The notes below the pieces were generated by a model. The model saw only the letters and a list, made by a program, of their open reading frames with translations. It was not told the origin of the DNA and ran no database searches. DNA of 64,000 nucleotides from Thermoplasmata archaeon (GTDB taxonomy: Archaea > Thermoplasmatota > Thermoplasmata > RBG-16-68-12 > JAFNFQ01): positions 32,001 to 96,000 of the forward strand of contig JBGPQV010000006.1 in the NCBI GenBank assembly GCA_041489255.1, written 5' to 3'. The number at the start of each line of letters is the position of its first letter. Positions within the stretch are counted from its first letter, which is position 1. Position numbers and translations under genes: made by a program. Below are positions 45,986 through 56,147 of the stretch, one piece after another.

Positions 45986-47086
45986 CTATGCCACTATCCG
46001 TCCGTGCGAGACCAATCTCTTCCCGTCCACCTCGAGTGTCGCGTCGTTGAGGAATGCGGGGGTCCCGAAAGCGCTTCGGTTGTTGCCGCCAAGCTCGGAA
46101 TTGTCACCGATGCCGATCGTGACCACGCCCTCCACGATGCTGTTCTCCAGGAACCCGCATTTGGCGGCGGGATTCAAGCCCACTTGCATCCATCCCAGCT
46201 GGTCGGCGCCCTTCTTCCTCTTTTCCTCCGTGAAGAACATCTTGAAGACATCGAGGTGCTCGTCCGCGTCGACCTTCCTCATCCTCCCGCCCTCGAACTC
46301 CCAGCTCAGCGCCCTTATCAAATGACCTGCCTGAGGGATCGGCGATGTAGAGACTACCCTCCCCTCGCCGCTGCCCTTCTTCAGCGCGATGCCGACCGCC
46401 CCATCCGGGAGTGAAGCGTGATAGCTCGACCTGACTCCCTTCCTCGGCCTTATCTCTCCGTTCGAGAGGGTCGGCATTGCGCCGTGAAACTCGAACTCGA
46501 AGTCAGTTCCCCCGGGTGCGGTGACCCTGCCCTTCCTCGCCCGCGACAGCGCCCTGGCGATCGGCTCCCCTTTCTTCTTCATGAGCTTGGGGTCCACCGC
46601 CATGGCCTGCAGCGATGAGCTGTGCCACTCCCCGTAATCGAAGCCATAGGTACGCGCCCTCGCCTCCGTCACCCTGGAAATCGACAGGTCGAGTGTGGGC
46701 ACATTCCTCTTCTCAAATGGCTTGTACGTGGCCGTGGCCCCCTTGTCGTTCGCCGCCCACCTCTCAGGAGGTATGTCCCTCATCCTGCTGGGGTCCTGTG
46801 GGCCTCCGATGTACACCTGTGCAGTGGACGCCTTGAGGAATGCTTGCCCCAAGGATGACGGCGATTTGAGCCAGCTCGCAGGGAGATTCAGCAACGCATC
46901 GTACCAGATGTCGTCTGAGTCCAGGGAGATAACGGTGTCCGCCCCCGCCCTCCTCGCTGCCTTCACTATCTCCTTGGCGAGCGGAAGCATGTGCTCCGTC
47001 GTGTGCACGCCAAGCGAGTCCTTCTTTCCCAGCCTGATGCAGTCCTTCACAATCCTGTCCGCGACGATCCCGTAGTCAATGTCCAT
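45986..47086 (-). CDS. M29/thermophilic-metallopeptidase-like protein, metal ligands apparently degenerate
   Basis: PGGTDF, LPDGAV, VGLNP, GVVTIGIGDNSELGGNN, ATLEVDGK match the fold pattern. Confidence 0.8.
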   Translation of the reverse strand: MDIDYGIVADRIVKDCIRLGKKDSLGVHTTEHMLPLAKEIVKAARRAGADTVISLDSDDIWYDALLNLPASWLKSPSSLGQAFLKASTAQVYIGGPQDPSRMRDIPPERWAANDKGATATYKPFEKRNVPTLDLSISRVTEARARTYGFDYGEWHSSSLQAMAVDPKLMKKKGEPIARALSRARKGRVTAPGGTDFEFEFHGAMPTLSNGEIRPRKGVRSSYHASLPDGAVGIALKKGSGEGRVVSTSPIPQAGHLIRALSWEFEGGRMRKVDADEHLDVFKMFFTEEKRKKGADQLGWMQVGLNPAAKCGFLENSIVEGVVTIGIGDNSELGGNNRSAFGTPAFLNDATLEVDGKRLVSHGRIVA

Positions 47087-47167
47087 ATCGATTCCTCCTC
47101 ACGGTCCGGGGAGCGCTCCGCGACTACTTAAGAATGCACGGCGGATCCGCGGATGTCCCGAGATTTC

Positions 47168-47716
47168 TCATCTGGCGGCGAACAGGTGGTACTTCTGGCT
47201 CGGGTCGGACAGTTCCATCTCAATTCGCTTCGCGATCAGCTTGTCCGGATGCCTGATGGCGGGAACCCTCTGCGCGATGTCCTCGAAGCCCTTGAACGGC
47301 CCCTTCTTCCTCTCCTCCAGGACCATCCACATCGTCTTCTTCCCCAAGCCAGGCAGCAGCTCGAGCATGTGGAACCGAGTTGTTATCGCCTGCGCCTCGT
47401 TGAAGAACCTGACGAACCTCTCGGCCTTCTCGATTACGACCTCGTCGATGATGAACGGGAGTTCGCTCTGCGCGGCGTTCGTCAGCTCCTCCCAGCTCAC
47501 CCTCCTCTTCACATGGAGGATGACGTCCCTCTTTTCGATGTCCTTGCCTATGTAAGCCCTGTCACCGGCGGTGAGCGTGACGTTTTCCTTCGGCGTGAGC
47601 TCGAACAGTTTGAACTCGTCCTCGCCCAGCGCATAGGCCACGGGCTCGCGATAGGACCTCGAGCGGTCGGGATGACCCTGAGGCAAGTGGTCGAGGATGC
47701 GAACGTAGTCTTCCAA
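47168..47716 (-). CDS. DUF655 putative RNA-binding protein
   Basis: ILDHLPQG, FFNEAQAITTRFHMLELLPGLGKK; conserved neighbour of rpoF. Confidence 0.93.
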   Translation of the reverse strand: MEDYVRILDHLPQGHPDRSRSYREPVAYALGEDEFKLFELTPKENVTLTAGDRAYIGKDIEKRDVILHVKRRVSWEELTNAAQSELPFIIDEVVIEKAERFVRFFNEAQAITTRFHMLELLPGLGKKTMWMVLEERKKGPFKGFEDIAQRVPAIRHPDKLIAKRIEMELSDPSQKYHLFAAR

Positions 47717-47729
47717 GTCAATCCCGACC

Positions 47730-48050
47730 TCACAGGTACTTGGCGACTATCTGCAGAACTCGATCTGTGTCCTCCTTAGACAGGGCGAACCGTTCCTTCG
47801 CGAGGATCGCCCGCACGTCGTCGGCGTGATTCGGGAGGATGTCGACGATCTTTATCGCGTTGGAGAGTGTCATCATCGGCACTTCCATCAGCTCCTTGAC
47901 CAGCTCCCTGGCCTTCGTCACGCCGAGCCTCGCGAAAAGCTGCGTGTGCTGCAGTGCGGATTGCTGCTCGGGGGTGAGCGATGGCCGCGTGTCCTTCTCC
48001 TTCTCCAAGAGGTTCTTGACCTCTGCCAGCGACAGGTACTCCTCTTCCAT
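47730..48050 (-). CDS. rpoF: RNA polymerase subunit Rpo4 (F)
   Basis: YLSLAEVK, AIKIVDILP..ADDVRAILAKER; synteny. Confidence 0.95.
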   Translation of the reverse strand: MEEEYLSLAEVKNLLEKEKDTRPSLTPEQQSALQHTQLFARLGVTKARELVKELMEVPMMTLSNAIKIVDILPNHADDVRAILAKERFALSKEDTDRVLQIVAKYL

Positions 48051-48062
48051 GCTATTCCCTCC

Positions 48063-48353
48063 TCAGGCCCGCTTGAGGTGCTCGGGCAGCGCGATCGCCT
48101 TCTTGATCTTCCCGCCGAACCTCACGTCAATGACATACGCCCTGCCCCTCGTCTCCACCACCTTGCCTGTCAGGCCGTGGAAGCGCTTGTGGGGCTGTCC
48201 TTTGTGCACTCCCGAGTCGATGATTATTGAGACCTTGTCCCCTTCCTCGAAATGCTGGAGCGCCCTCGTGATCGGGGAAAGCCCGCGCTGCCTCGCCCGC
48301 TTGCGGAACTTCTGGCGGGTCTTCCTCATTATGCCCTTCGACGCCTTCACCAT
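48063..48353 (-). CDS. rpl21e: 50S ribosomal protein eL21
   Basis: SGVHKGQPHKRFHGLTGKV, PEHLK. Confidence 0.97.
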   Translation of the reverse strand: MVKASKGIMRKTRQKFRKRARQRGLSPITRALQHFEEGDKVSIIIDSGVHKGQPHKRFHGLTGKVVETRGRAYVIDVRFGGKIKKAIALPEHLKRA

Positions 48354-48356
48354 GGT

Positions 48357-49619
48357 CTATTCCCCGTCGTGGACCTCTAGCACGTCCAGCTCCAGCACGT
48401 CGCAGGGAATCCCCAGGACCCCGGCGAGGCTCGGCTCCGTCCGTCCCTGGTCGCCATGGACCAGCTCCTTGACGTAGCTGCCAGCCTCGGCGCGGATAAC
48501 TAGCTCGAGAAGCGGTCCTTCGAGCATCGTCATCTCGATGCCCTTGATCCACCTTTCTCGCACCTTGTCCGCCCTTCGATGGGATACCCTAATAGGGGTT
48601 CTCTGCGCGACTGGTGAAACGAGTAATGATGCTATCCCTTTTTTAACCTTTTCCTCGTCGATTGGAGCACTCAGGCGGATTAGGATTCGGTACGTCTTGT
48701 CGCACGTTCTGTCCTTCAGCGCGACGACCTCTTTCCTGTTCGTGAACCTGAGGTCCGAGACCTCGACGGTGCCCGAGGAGTTCACCGCGATCTCGACCTT
48801 GATGAGGTCGATGCTCCGCCTCCTGGGATTGAGTATCTCCACGATGAAGGGCCTGCCGCGTCCGAGCATCCTCGCGTCGATGTCTTCCCGCCCGAGTCCG
48901 TGGAGTGCATGCCCGGTCCCGCCAGACTGCTCCATGACCACCTTGGCGATCACCTCCTCGACGCTCGACTCGTACATCTTCCCCTTGCCGCCGCAATGCT
49001 CGCAGCCCTTACCCTGACACCGCCTGCACGGCCACTTCGTTTGCGGGATCCCGCGCACCAGCTTCCTGTACCGCCCGTAGATGAAGAGCGACGTGACCTG
49101 GAGCTGGACGACGTCGAAAGCGGTGTCTATCAGCGCAACTACGTCGGGGTGCTCGAACTCCGCCGGCCTGCCGGCGAGAGACTCGATCCTCTTGCCGACC
49201 TCGCGATTGATTTCCGTTTTCAAAGGTTCGGCGTGCGCCGAGCCCACCGCCGTCCAAAGCTCCTCCTCCCGCGCCGCAACATCCGGTGCGATGCGGGACC
49301 CGATCAGAAAAGACCGCCACTCCCAACCCTCAAGCGACTTGAGGACGAGGGTGACGAATTTGTCAACCTCGGTTACGAGGCCGTCGCAGAGCCAGCATCG
49401 CTCCGGCTCTTGTAGCTCCAGCGCTGGACGCAGAATGGCCCCGCGCTCCTTGTTCGACATGCCGTGGCCCAAATGACCCGCGAGCCGTCCGACACAGGAG
49501 CCGCACAGCTGGCGGTCACCCAGCTCATTCCATGAGATGCCCTTGATCGCTTCCTCGAGCGGGAACTGACCTTCCTTCACGCCAGCCGCAAGTCCGGGCA
49601 TCCTATTAAGTTCACGCAA
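48357..49619 (-). CDS. pus10: tRNA pseudouridine(54/55) synthase Pus10
   Basis: GRYRKLVRGIPQTKW, HGLGREDIDARMLG.GRPF, QRTP.RV.HRRADKVR, GSYVKELVHGD.GRT.PS. Start uncertain. Confidence 0.95.
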   Translation of the reverse strand: MRELNRMPGLAAGVKEGQFPLEEAIKGISWNELGDRQLCGSCVGRLAGHLGHGMSNKERGAILRPALELQEPERCWLCDGLVTEVDKFVTLVLKSLEGWEWRSFLIGSRIAPDVAAREEELWTAVGSAHAEPLKTEINREVGKRIESLAGRPAEFEHPDVVALIDTAFDVVQLQVTSLFIYGRYRKLVRGIPQTKWPCRRCQGKGCEHCGGKGKMYESSVEEVIAKVVMEQSGGTGHALHGLGREDIDARMLGRGRPFIVEILNPRRRSIDLIKVEIAVNSSGTVEVSDLRFTNRKEVVALKDRTCDKTYRILIRLSAPIDEEKVKKGIASLLVSPVAQRTPIRVSHRRADKVRERWIKGIEMTMLEGPLLELVIRAEAGSYVKELVHGDQGRTEPSLAGVLGIPCDVLELDVLEVHDGE

Positions 49620-49733
49620 AGCTCAAGACTGGGACCACGACCGCAGCGCAATCCGGTGCTCAGGCTAGGCAACGATAGCTTTCGCGCTGCGAACCATCAT
49701 GGCAAAAGGCTCCGTGCCCCGCGCAGAGCGTCG

Positions 49734-50015
49734 CTACTTCGTGACGTAAATCTCGATGCATGAGACGTTCACGGTCCCGCCTTCCTCCCTGGGGAGCTTC
49801 TCCGTTGAGATCTGTATGTCCCTTATCTTCGAGTCCGGCACGAACCGGTTCTTGACTATCTCGGCGACGTCGACGGCCCTGCTGATGCTCCTGCCTCTGG
49901 CCCTGATGACCACTTCTGAAGAACCGCTGTTGAACTGCGTCATGACTGCGAGGACGTAGTTCATCGTGGGTTTCTTGCCGATGTAGACTATGTTCTCTTT
50001 GTTCTCTGCTGCCAT
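49734..50015 (-). CDS. albA: DNA/RNA-binding protein Alba
   Basis: [35 protein letters not shown]. Confidence 0.97.
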   Translation of the reverse strand: MAAENKENIVYIGKKPTMNYVLAVMTQFNSGSSEVVIRARGRSISRAVDVAEIVKNRFVPDSKIRDIQISTEKLPREEGGTVNVSCIEIYVTK

Positions 50016-50261
50016 GGTCCTCCTCCCTTGGCTCAGTTGGTCATTTCGCGCGACCTTATTTAACTGTCGCCTAGGTGGTTATCATCGGCGGCATTCAGGA
50101 GGGCATCTTTCTCCCTGAAGCGATTGTCGCGGGTTGGCGGCGGAGAGGCCGGCTCGAAACCCGTCCTTGCTTATTTCTCCACGCAAACCGGTTCCGATGA
50201 TGCAGAGGACCCACCGAGAAACCTATAAATACACATGCGCCAATGAGAAAGGCCGAGAAGA

Positions 50262-50426
50262 ATGCCGAAGGACAAGAGCGAAGGATTCCACTCAGCGGCG
50301 GGGCTCATCAGATATTTCGATCAGGAAGACGAAAAGGCGCTTAAGGTGCCGCCTTGGGTCGTCGTGTTCCTCTGCATTTTCATGTCCGCCGCGGTAATCA
50401 TCGCGACCTGGCAGTGGCCGGCCTGA
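50262..50426 (+). CDS. secG: Preprotein translocase subunit Sec61-beta (archaeal SecG); 54 aa, below ORF-track cutoff
   Basis: MPKDKSEGFHSAAGLIRYFDQEDEKALKVPPWVV followed by a TM helix; TATAAATA box at about 50224. Confidence 0.92.
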   Translation: MPKDKSEGFHSAAGLIRYFDQEDEKALKVPPWVVVFLCIFMSAAVIIATWQWPA

Positions 50427-50540
50427 TCGAGTTCAGTCTCGGCGGCTGTCCAGTGTGCTGGAGTATGAGCGCATCTTCTGATACCGCAATGATAATAAAC
50501 GCGCCTGCCTAGGGAATCTCGACAGCAGGATACGCTCGAT

Positions 50541-50765
50541 TTGCCGAAAGAAGATACCCCCGAAGACGACTTCTATTCGAGGATTCCCGTGGAGCTGAAC
50601 ATGGGCGAGCTGCGCATGGACGAGCACATCAAGAAGGGCCAGGGCGACAGGACAGCCATCCACTATCTCGACAAAACCTTCAGCTACTCGTGGTTGAAGG
50701 AGAACGCCAATAAGGCGGCGAACGCGTTCGAGTACCTCTGCCTTGAGATCGAGAACCGGTTCATG
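50541..50765 (+). pseudogene. N-terminal fragment of a benzoate/acyl-CoA ligase
   Basis: IPVELNM....DEHIKKGQGDRTAIHY..TFSYSWLKENANKAANAF, then similarity is lost. Confidence 0.7.
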
Positions 50766-51411
50766 ACCCGCTCCACGACCGCGCGGAGATTCCGCGCGAC
50801 CGAGCGGCGACGCCGCACGAACGAGCGGAGGCAGGAACCAGCGCGCCAGAAATCGGCTCCCATAGGGAGAATACGGGCAACGGTCGGAGCGGTCCACGAC
50901 AGACCGGCAGATACCGCCACAGGCCCCGGATACGTCGCCGGATGACCGTTTGCCGCCGACGGCGGGTCCGGAGCAGCAGCTGTGAGGGCAGGAGATCAAG
51001 AATAAGGAAGAACGCCCCTCCTTCCGAGGAGGCTTGATGCATGCTCTCGCTCTGGCGCTCGCGGGTGATACTACTTCGTCGCCTCGGGAATCGGAACGGG
51101 CCGCATGGTGGCGGTCGCGTCGTCGTTCTGCCTGATCTTGCTCCGGAGGCGCTGGAAGATCTTCGCGGCGCTGCTCGTCTTGTCCACCGCCGCGATGGCC
51201 ATGTCGAGCATGCCCGAGGCGGTGACGTAGGCCTGCCTCATCTTAGTCTCGCAGACGACGGTCGCAACTTTCAGCTGCCACTTGAAGCCTTCCTGCACGG
51301 CGTTCACCTCCAGGAAATTGAATGCCGGATTGTATAGGCACGGAGGGATCAGGAACTCCAGCTGCCATCGGAATCCATGACTGTGCGGCCCGGGGGAAGA
51401 GCAACCTATAA

Positions 51412-52608
51412 TTGGCGCACGTCAATGCCGCGACCGTGAGCTACAGATATGCAATCCTTGGCTCCGGACGTCAAGGAACCGCCGCCGCATACGATTTCGC
51501 GATGCATGGCGATGCCGATTCGATTCTCATGGGCGACCTCAACAGGAGCGCGGCCGATTCCGCCGCAAGGCGCGTTAACCGCTTGATGGGGGAGAAGGTC
51601 GCTTATGCAACGAAGGTCGACGCGAAGAAGCCCGAGAGCGTGCTGCGATTCCTGAAGGGCGTGGACGTGGTCCTGAGCGCGGTGCCTTACTCCTTCAACC
51701 TCTCGCTTTCAAGGCTCGCAGTGAAGGCGAAGGCGTCTATGGTCGATCTAGGCGGGCACACGGGGATCGTGAGAAAGCAGCTCAAGCTGGACTCCCACGC
51801 CAGGAAGGCTGGAATCGCTATCGTGCCTGACTGCGGTATGGGACCAGGGGCGAACATCACTCTGGCGGTGAGGGCCATTCAAATGCTCGACAAGGCGGAG
51901 GAGGTTAGGATATACGACGGCGGGCTTCCTCTTAGTCCCCGACCGCCGTGGAATTACTCGCTCTTCTTCAGCGTCGGCGGTCTGACGAATGAATACTCAG
52001 GCACTGCGACATTCCTCCGCGGCGGGAAAATGGTCGAGGTGCCGGCCCTGACGGAGCAGGAAGAGATCATGGTCCCATCCCTTGGCATTCTCGAGGCGCG
52101 CGTCACCACCGGAGGTCTATCAACCATGCCGTGGACATACGATGGTACGTTGCGGGTGCTGGAGAACAAGACGCTGCGGTACCCCGGTCACTGGTCACGC
52201 ATGGAGGCGTTCGCAGACCTCGGCATGTTCTCGGAGAAGCCTGTGAAGATAGGAAAAAGCAGAGTAGTGCCGCGCGAAGTTTTCCATGAGTTGTTCGAGG
52301 CTCGGGCATCAGACCCGGAAGCCCGAGACGTGGCGGTGATTCATGTCGTCGGGCGGGGATTGAAAGATGGTGTACCATCTTCGGCCGTCGTCAACCTGAC
52401 CGACAGATACGATGAGAAAACAGGGTTCAGAGCGATGGAGCGACTGACCGGCGGGCACGCGGCCATTGTGGCGGCGATGATCGCACGGGGCACTATCCAG
52501 CCCGGGGCACATTCGGTCGAGAGTGCGGTACCGCCGGAGGAGTTCATCCACGAGGCGCGCAGGCGGGGAATGGAAGTGACGGAGAAGGTTGAAGGAATCA
52601 GAGCCTAG
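51412..52608 (+). CDS. Saccharopine dehydrogenase / lysine 6-dehydrogenase family protein
   Basis: ILGSGRQG, DLGG, DCGMGPG, GGLP, KTLRYPGH, AMERLTG. Start probably GTG 51436. Confidence 0.92.
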   Translation: MAHVNAATVSYRYAILGSGRQGTAAAYDFAMHGDADSILMGDLNRSAADSAARRVNRLMGEKVAYATKVDAKKPESVLRFLKGVDVVLSAVPYSFNLSLSRLAVKAKASMVDLGGHTGIVRKQLKLDSHARKAGIAIVPDCGMGPGANITLAVRAIQMLDKAEEVRIYDGGLPLSPRPPWNYSLFFSVGGLTNEYSGTATFLRGGKMVEVPALTEQEEIMVPSLGILEARVTTGGLSTMPWTYDGTLRVLENKTLRYPGHWSRMEAFADLGMFSEKPVKIGKSRVVPREVFHELFEARASDPEARDVAVIHVVGRGLKDGVPSSAVVNLTDRYDEKTGFRAMERLTGGHAAIVAAMIARGTIQPGAHSVESAVPPEEFIHEARRRGMEVTEKVEGIRA

Positions 52609-52710
52609 ACCCGATTTTTCGACCTGGCCAGGCGTTTATTGGACGAACCCATTTTATAGAAGCAAGTCCCATATCCAGACGCCCAGAATCGGGCATGGGG
52701 AGTCGGGGAA

Positions 52711-54768
52711 ATGTCATCGAAGATGCTGTTGTCGGTCTTTGCGGTCGGGATGCTGATTGTTGCGGCGTTCTGCGTGGGGGTGTCGAGGAAGGGCGGCGAC
52801 TTGGCTGCATCCCCTCTGGTGGATCCTCAACGGGATGGCACTCCCCCCTATGAACAAACAAACGCGAGCGCCGATCCGTCGACGATATGGGTGGAAACGT
52901 CCCCTCCGGGCCGGGAACCGAAGGAGAGCACGCTTACTTTGAAGCTCGACGGGCTCGGGGTGCCCGTGGAGGAGTACAGGCCCGAGGACGTGATGTTCGT
53001 GATCGACGCCTCGTGGAGCATGTATGAGAACGACCCGTACGACCTGAGGCTAGAGGCGGCGAAGCACTACGTCGACCTTCTCAAAAGCTCTGATAGGGCG
53101 GCCGTCGTCGCGTTCAACTACGACGCGTGGCTCGTCGGCGGGGACCACCTCAGCTCAAACTTCCCGCACGTCAAGCAGAACATCGACTCGATCACCGTGG
53201 ATTACTATACGAACCTGTACGACTCCCTGAGGATAGCGACGGACGAGCTGGTCAACCGCGGCGACGACACTCACGTCTGGCTGGAGATCTTCCTGACGGA
53301 CGGGGCCGACACTCGCGGCTTCACCGGCGACGAGATACTCAGCCAGGCGCAGAGGGCAGCGGACAACAACATCACGGTCTTCACGATCGGGCTCATCGGC
53401 ACCGGCGGCGTCAACGAATCGATCCTGATGGACATCGCGAACGTCACTGGCGGCGAGTACCTGAGAGCGGATAATGCGACCGTCCTCGATGACATCTACG
53501 AGGAGATCAGCCAGATGGTGAGATATCCGGACGCCGCCGGCCGGGACAACAACGTGGATGCGATCCTGCCGGACTACCTGCATTACGTCGATGACAGCGC
53601 GGTGCCGACGCCAGACTTCGCGGGCATGTATGGGGGAGAATTCCATCTGATGTGGAATTTCTCCAAGCTCAAAATAAATGAAACATGGACGGCCACTCTC
53701 AACGTCACATCGAGCATCCAAGGTGCGCACCTCTATGCGCTGTCCTATCCGGACACGATGGTCACGTACACAAAGTACGACGATACCCGCAGCAGCGTTT
53801 CATTCCCGGAGACGTTCATCGACGTAATCGGGAACACCGAGCCGGTCGCGGAGGCCGGTGGCCCGTATCAAGGATACGAGGGGGCGGCGGTGACATTGGA
53901 CGCGAGCGGTTCTAGCGATCTGGATGGCGATGCGCTGTTCTTCCGGTGGGATTTTGAGAACGACGGGACCTGGGACACCGCGTGGATGACCGACGCGACG
54001 TTCGATTATCTGTGGGGCGACGACTGGACCGGCACCGTTGCATTGGAGGTGTCCGACGGAAACCTCACGGACTCGGACACAGCGAACGTGACGATTGTCA
54101 ACGTCCCGCCGACGATACTTGATGCGAGGGCTGTCAGCATCGCGAATCTGACATTGCGCGTTGCGGGCGAGAAGTGGCACGATGTCACGCTCACGCTGTT
54201 CAAGGACGGGAATGAGACCGCGAGCGTCGGAGTGACGAGATACCCCGGTTCTCCTGACGAGCAGACCGCGACGATCGAGAACGTGACGATTGACCTCACG
54301 GGTGCAATGTCGGCGGTTGTTGTGTATACGCCGATGGACGACCCGATCAACGGGCAGATATGGGGCTCGACTCCCGCGTGGCTCATCCTCACTGCAAAGG
54401 ATGGCTCTGAGGTGCGCATACACCACGAGTTCAACGTGCGGCACAACGACACCTGGGTCTGGAACGTCACCGATCTGAGGGTGTTCCTAGTTGGCCTACC
54501 TATCGAGTTCAGCGCATCGGCGCATGATGTCGGGAGCGATGACCTATACTTCGTGTGGGATTTCGGGGACGGGCGGAACTTCACGACTGTTGCTTATAAC
54601 AACGGAGTGGGCCCGGATCCGTACCCGAGCCCGGATGTGAACCCGATAACCGCCACATCCAGTGTAGTAGTCACATATCCGGTCGCAGGGACCTACACCG
54701 TGACATTGACAGTGACGGACGACGATGGCGGCTCGACGACAATCTCTATGACAATCGAAATGGGATGA
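52711..54768 (+). CDS. Secreted VWA + PKD domain protein
   Basis: Signal/TM; FVIDASWSM, FLTDG, FTIG, IANVTGGEY; PKD motifs WDFENDG and WDFGDG. Confidence 0.9.
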   Translation: MSSKMLLSVFAVGMLIVAAFCVGVSRKGGDLAASPLVDPQRDGTPPYEQTNASADPSTIWVETSPPGREPKESTLTLKLDGLGVPVEEYRPEDVMFVIDASWSMYENDPYDLRLEAAKHYVDLLKSSDRAAVVAFNYDAWLVGGDHLSSNFPHVKQNIDSITVDYYTNLYDSLRIATDELVNRGDDTHVWLEIFLTDGADTRGFTGDEILSQAQRAADNNITVFTIGLIGTGGVNESILMDIANVTGGEYLRADNATVLDDIYEEISQMVRYPDAAGRDNNVDAILPDYLHYVDDSAVPTPDFAGMYGGEFHLMWNFSKLKINETWTATLNVTSSIQGAHLYALSYPDTMVTYTKYDDTRSSVSFPETFIDVIGNTEPVAEAGGPYQGYEGAAVTLDASGSSDLDGDALFFRWDFENDGTWDTAWMTDATFDYLWGDDWTGTVALEVSDGNLTDSDTANVTIVNVPPTILDARAVSIANLTLRVAGEKWHDVTLTLFKDGNETASVGVTRYPGSPDEQTATIENVTIDLTGAMSAVVVYTPMDDPINGQIWGSTPAWLILTAKDGSEVRIHHEFNVRHNDTWVWNVTDLRVFLVGLPIEFSASAHDVGSDDLYFVWDFGDGRNFTTVAYNNGVGPDPYPSPDVNPITATSSVVVTYPVAGTYTVTLTVTDDDGGSTTISMTIEMG

Positions 54769-54829
54769 GGTTCCTGACTGCTACCGGCGAAGACCCTTAT
54801 GGTTCTCGAAGAGATTGACACGATAGCCA

Positions 54830-54959
54830 CGCCGGCGGCATCCCGAGGATATCCGTCCCGGAAGGACTCTGGGTAGGCCTAGGTCGGACCGTAGACAAGT
54901 CCAAGGATCGAAGGGCAGGATTGAAGCGTTCGATCGATCACTCGGTCGAGAGTCCGGCG
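54830..54959 (+). ncRNA. Candidate structured non-coding RNA (multi-stem junction)
   Basis: Closing stem CGCCGG/CCGGCG with three internal hairpins; TATA-like CCTTATGG about 30 nt upstream. No family recognised. Confidence 0.3.
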
Positions 54960-55182
54960 AGCCAGGACCTCGCTTCAGGATGGTCGTCGATCATTTCCCC
55001 GGTCTTATGCCACCTTTGATTGCTCGTGAGTGTCTTGAGGAGACAGGCTGCAAGCCACTCCTTGAATCCATCCCTCCCCCCTAGGGAAGTGTGGGCTTCT
55101 TTCAGCATTCTGAGGTTATCGAAACGCATCGTTTCATGAAGAGAATGCGACGGTATCCGAGCCGTGTTCCCAGCCTTGATGT

Positions 55183-55479
55183 CTAAGGAGAAGCGTGCCC
55201 CTTCTCCCAGCACATGGAGGCGAGCTCCGTCTCGCCCATCTCCTGGAAGAGCCTTGCCTTGAACCGCCACAGCCCGGGGTATTCGGGGGCGATCTCGGAG
55301 AGGTCATTCAGGGACTCGATCGCCTCAGTCATCCGGTGCCCCGCGGCCAGGTACGCCGCGCATGCGAATAGTGCGTCCGGATCCTTGGGGTCCGCGCGGA
55401 GCCTATCGGAAATGGCAGCCCAGTGCATGTCGTCGCACGGCATCTCGCGGCGGCGGTCGAGGAGAAAGGACATGGCCAC
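55183..55479 (-). CDS. Small TPR-repeat protein
   Basis: DPKDPDALFACA...EAIESL...IAPEYPGLWRFKARLF. Confidence 0.75.
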   Translation of the reverse strand: MAMSFLLDRRREMPCDDMHWAAISDRLRADPKDPDALFACAAYLAAGHRMTEAIESLNDLSEIAPEYPGLWRFKARLFQEMGETELASMCWEKGHASP

Positions 55480-55739
55480 GGAATGAATTGGAACCGAGGA
55501 TATTGACGCTTTTCATGTGGTTATCAAACATGGTTGCGTTCCATTTCTCTGGACGACGGCGGCCTCCAACTTCCTGGACACGCGAATCGACAGACTCTCC
55601 GAGCGCGGTGAGTTTGATGTCGGCGGGACACGCTGATAGCCCCGGGCAAAGGGATGAGTAGGAGACATCTCCAGTCGAAGAAAGTCAGCAGGGGTGGGTG
55701 CCCCCAAGCCTTAACTATCCTCCCTACCTCATAAGTTCG

Positions 55740-56114
55740 ATGCGCTGCTCCAATTGTGAGAAGTGTTGCGAGGAAACGGAAATGGAGCTCTGCAATGCGG
55801 ACATCGCGCGGTTGGAGCGCCGCGGCTACCGGAAGGACGATTTCTCGCTTCGAGGGACCGACGGGATACCGAGGCTGCGCAACGTTGGCGGGTACTGCTT
55901 CTTCTATGATCATAATCGGAAGCGGTGCAAGGAGTACGCCAGTCGGCCGCTCGGCTGCTTCATCTACCCGGTCAATCTGACCGAGGATGGCGAGATCGTC
56001 ATCGACAGGTTGTGCCCCGAAGCTGACACGCTAGCGCCTCGTGAAATCGAGACCAAGGGCCGACGCCTCCGAAAGCTGATCGATACGATAGACAATGCTC
56101 GGGAGACTATGTGA
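55740..56114 (+). CDS. YkgJ family cysteine-cluster protein
   Basis: CSNCEKCC, CFFYD, CKEYASRPLGCFIYP. Confidence 0.9.
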   Translation: MRCSNCEKCCEETEMELCNADIARLERRGYRKDDFSLRGTDGIPRLRNVGGYCFFYDHNRKRCKEYASRPLGCFIYPVNLTEDGEIVIDRLCPEADTLAPREIETKGRRLRKLIDTIDNARETM

Positions 56115-56147
56115 TTCTCATCTATTCCGCCGGACGCAGTCTCATGC

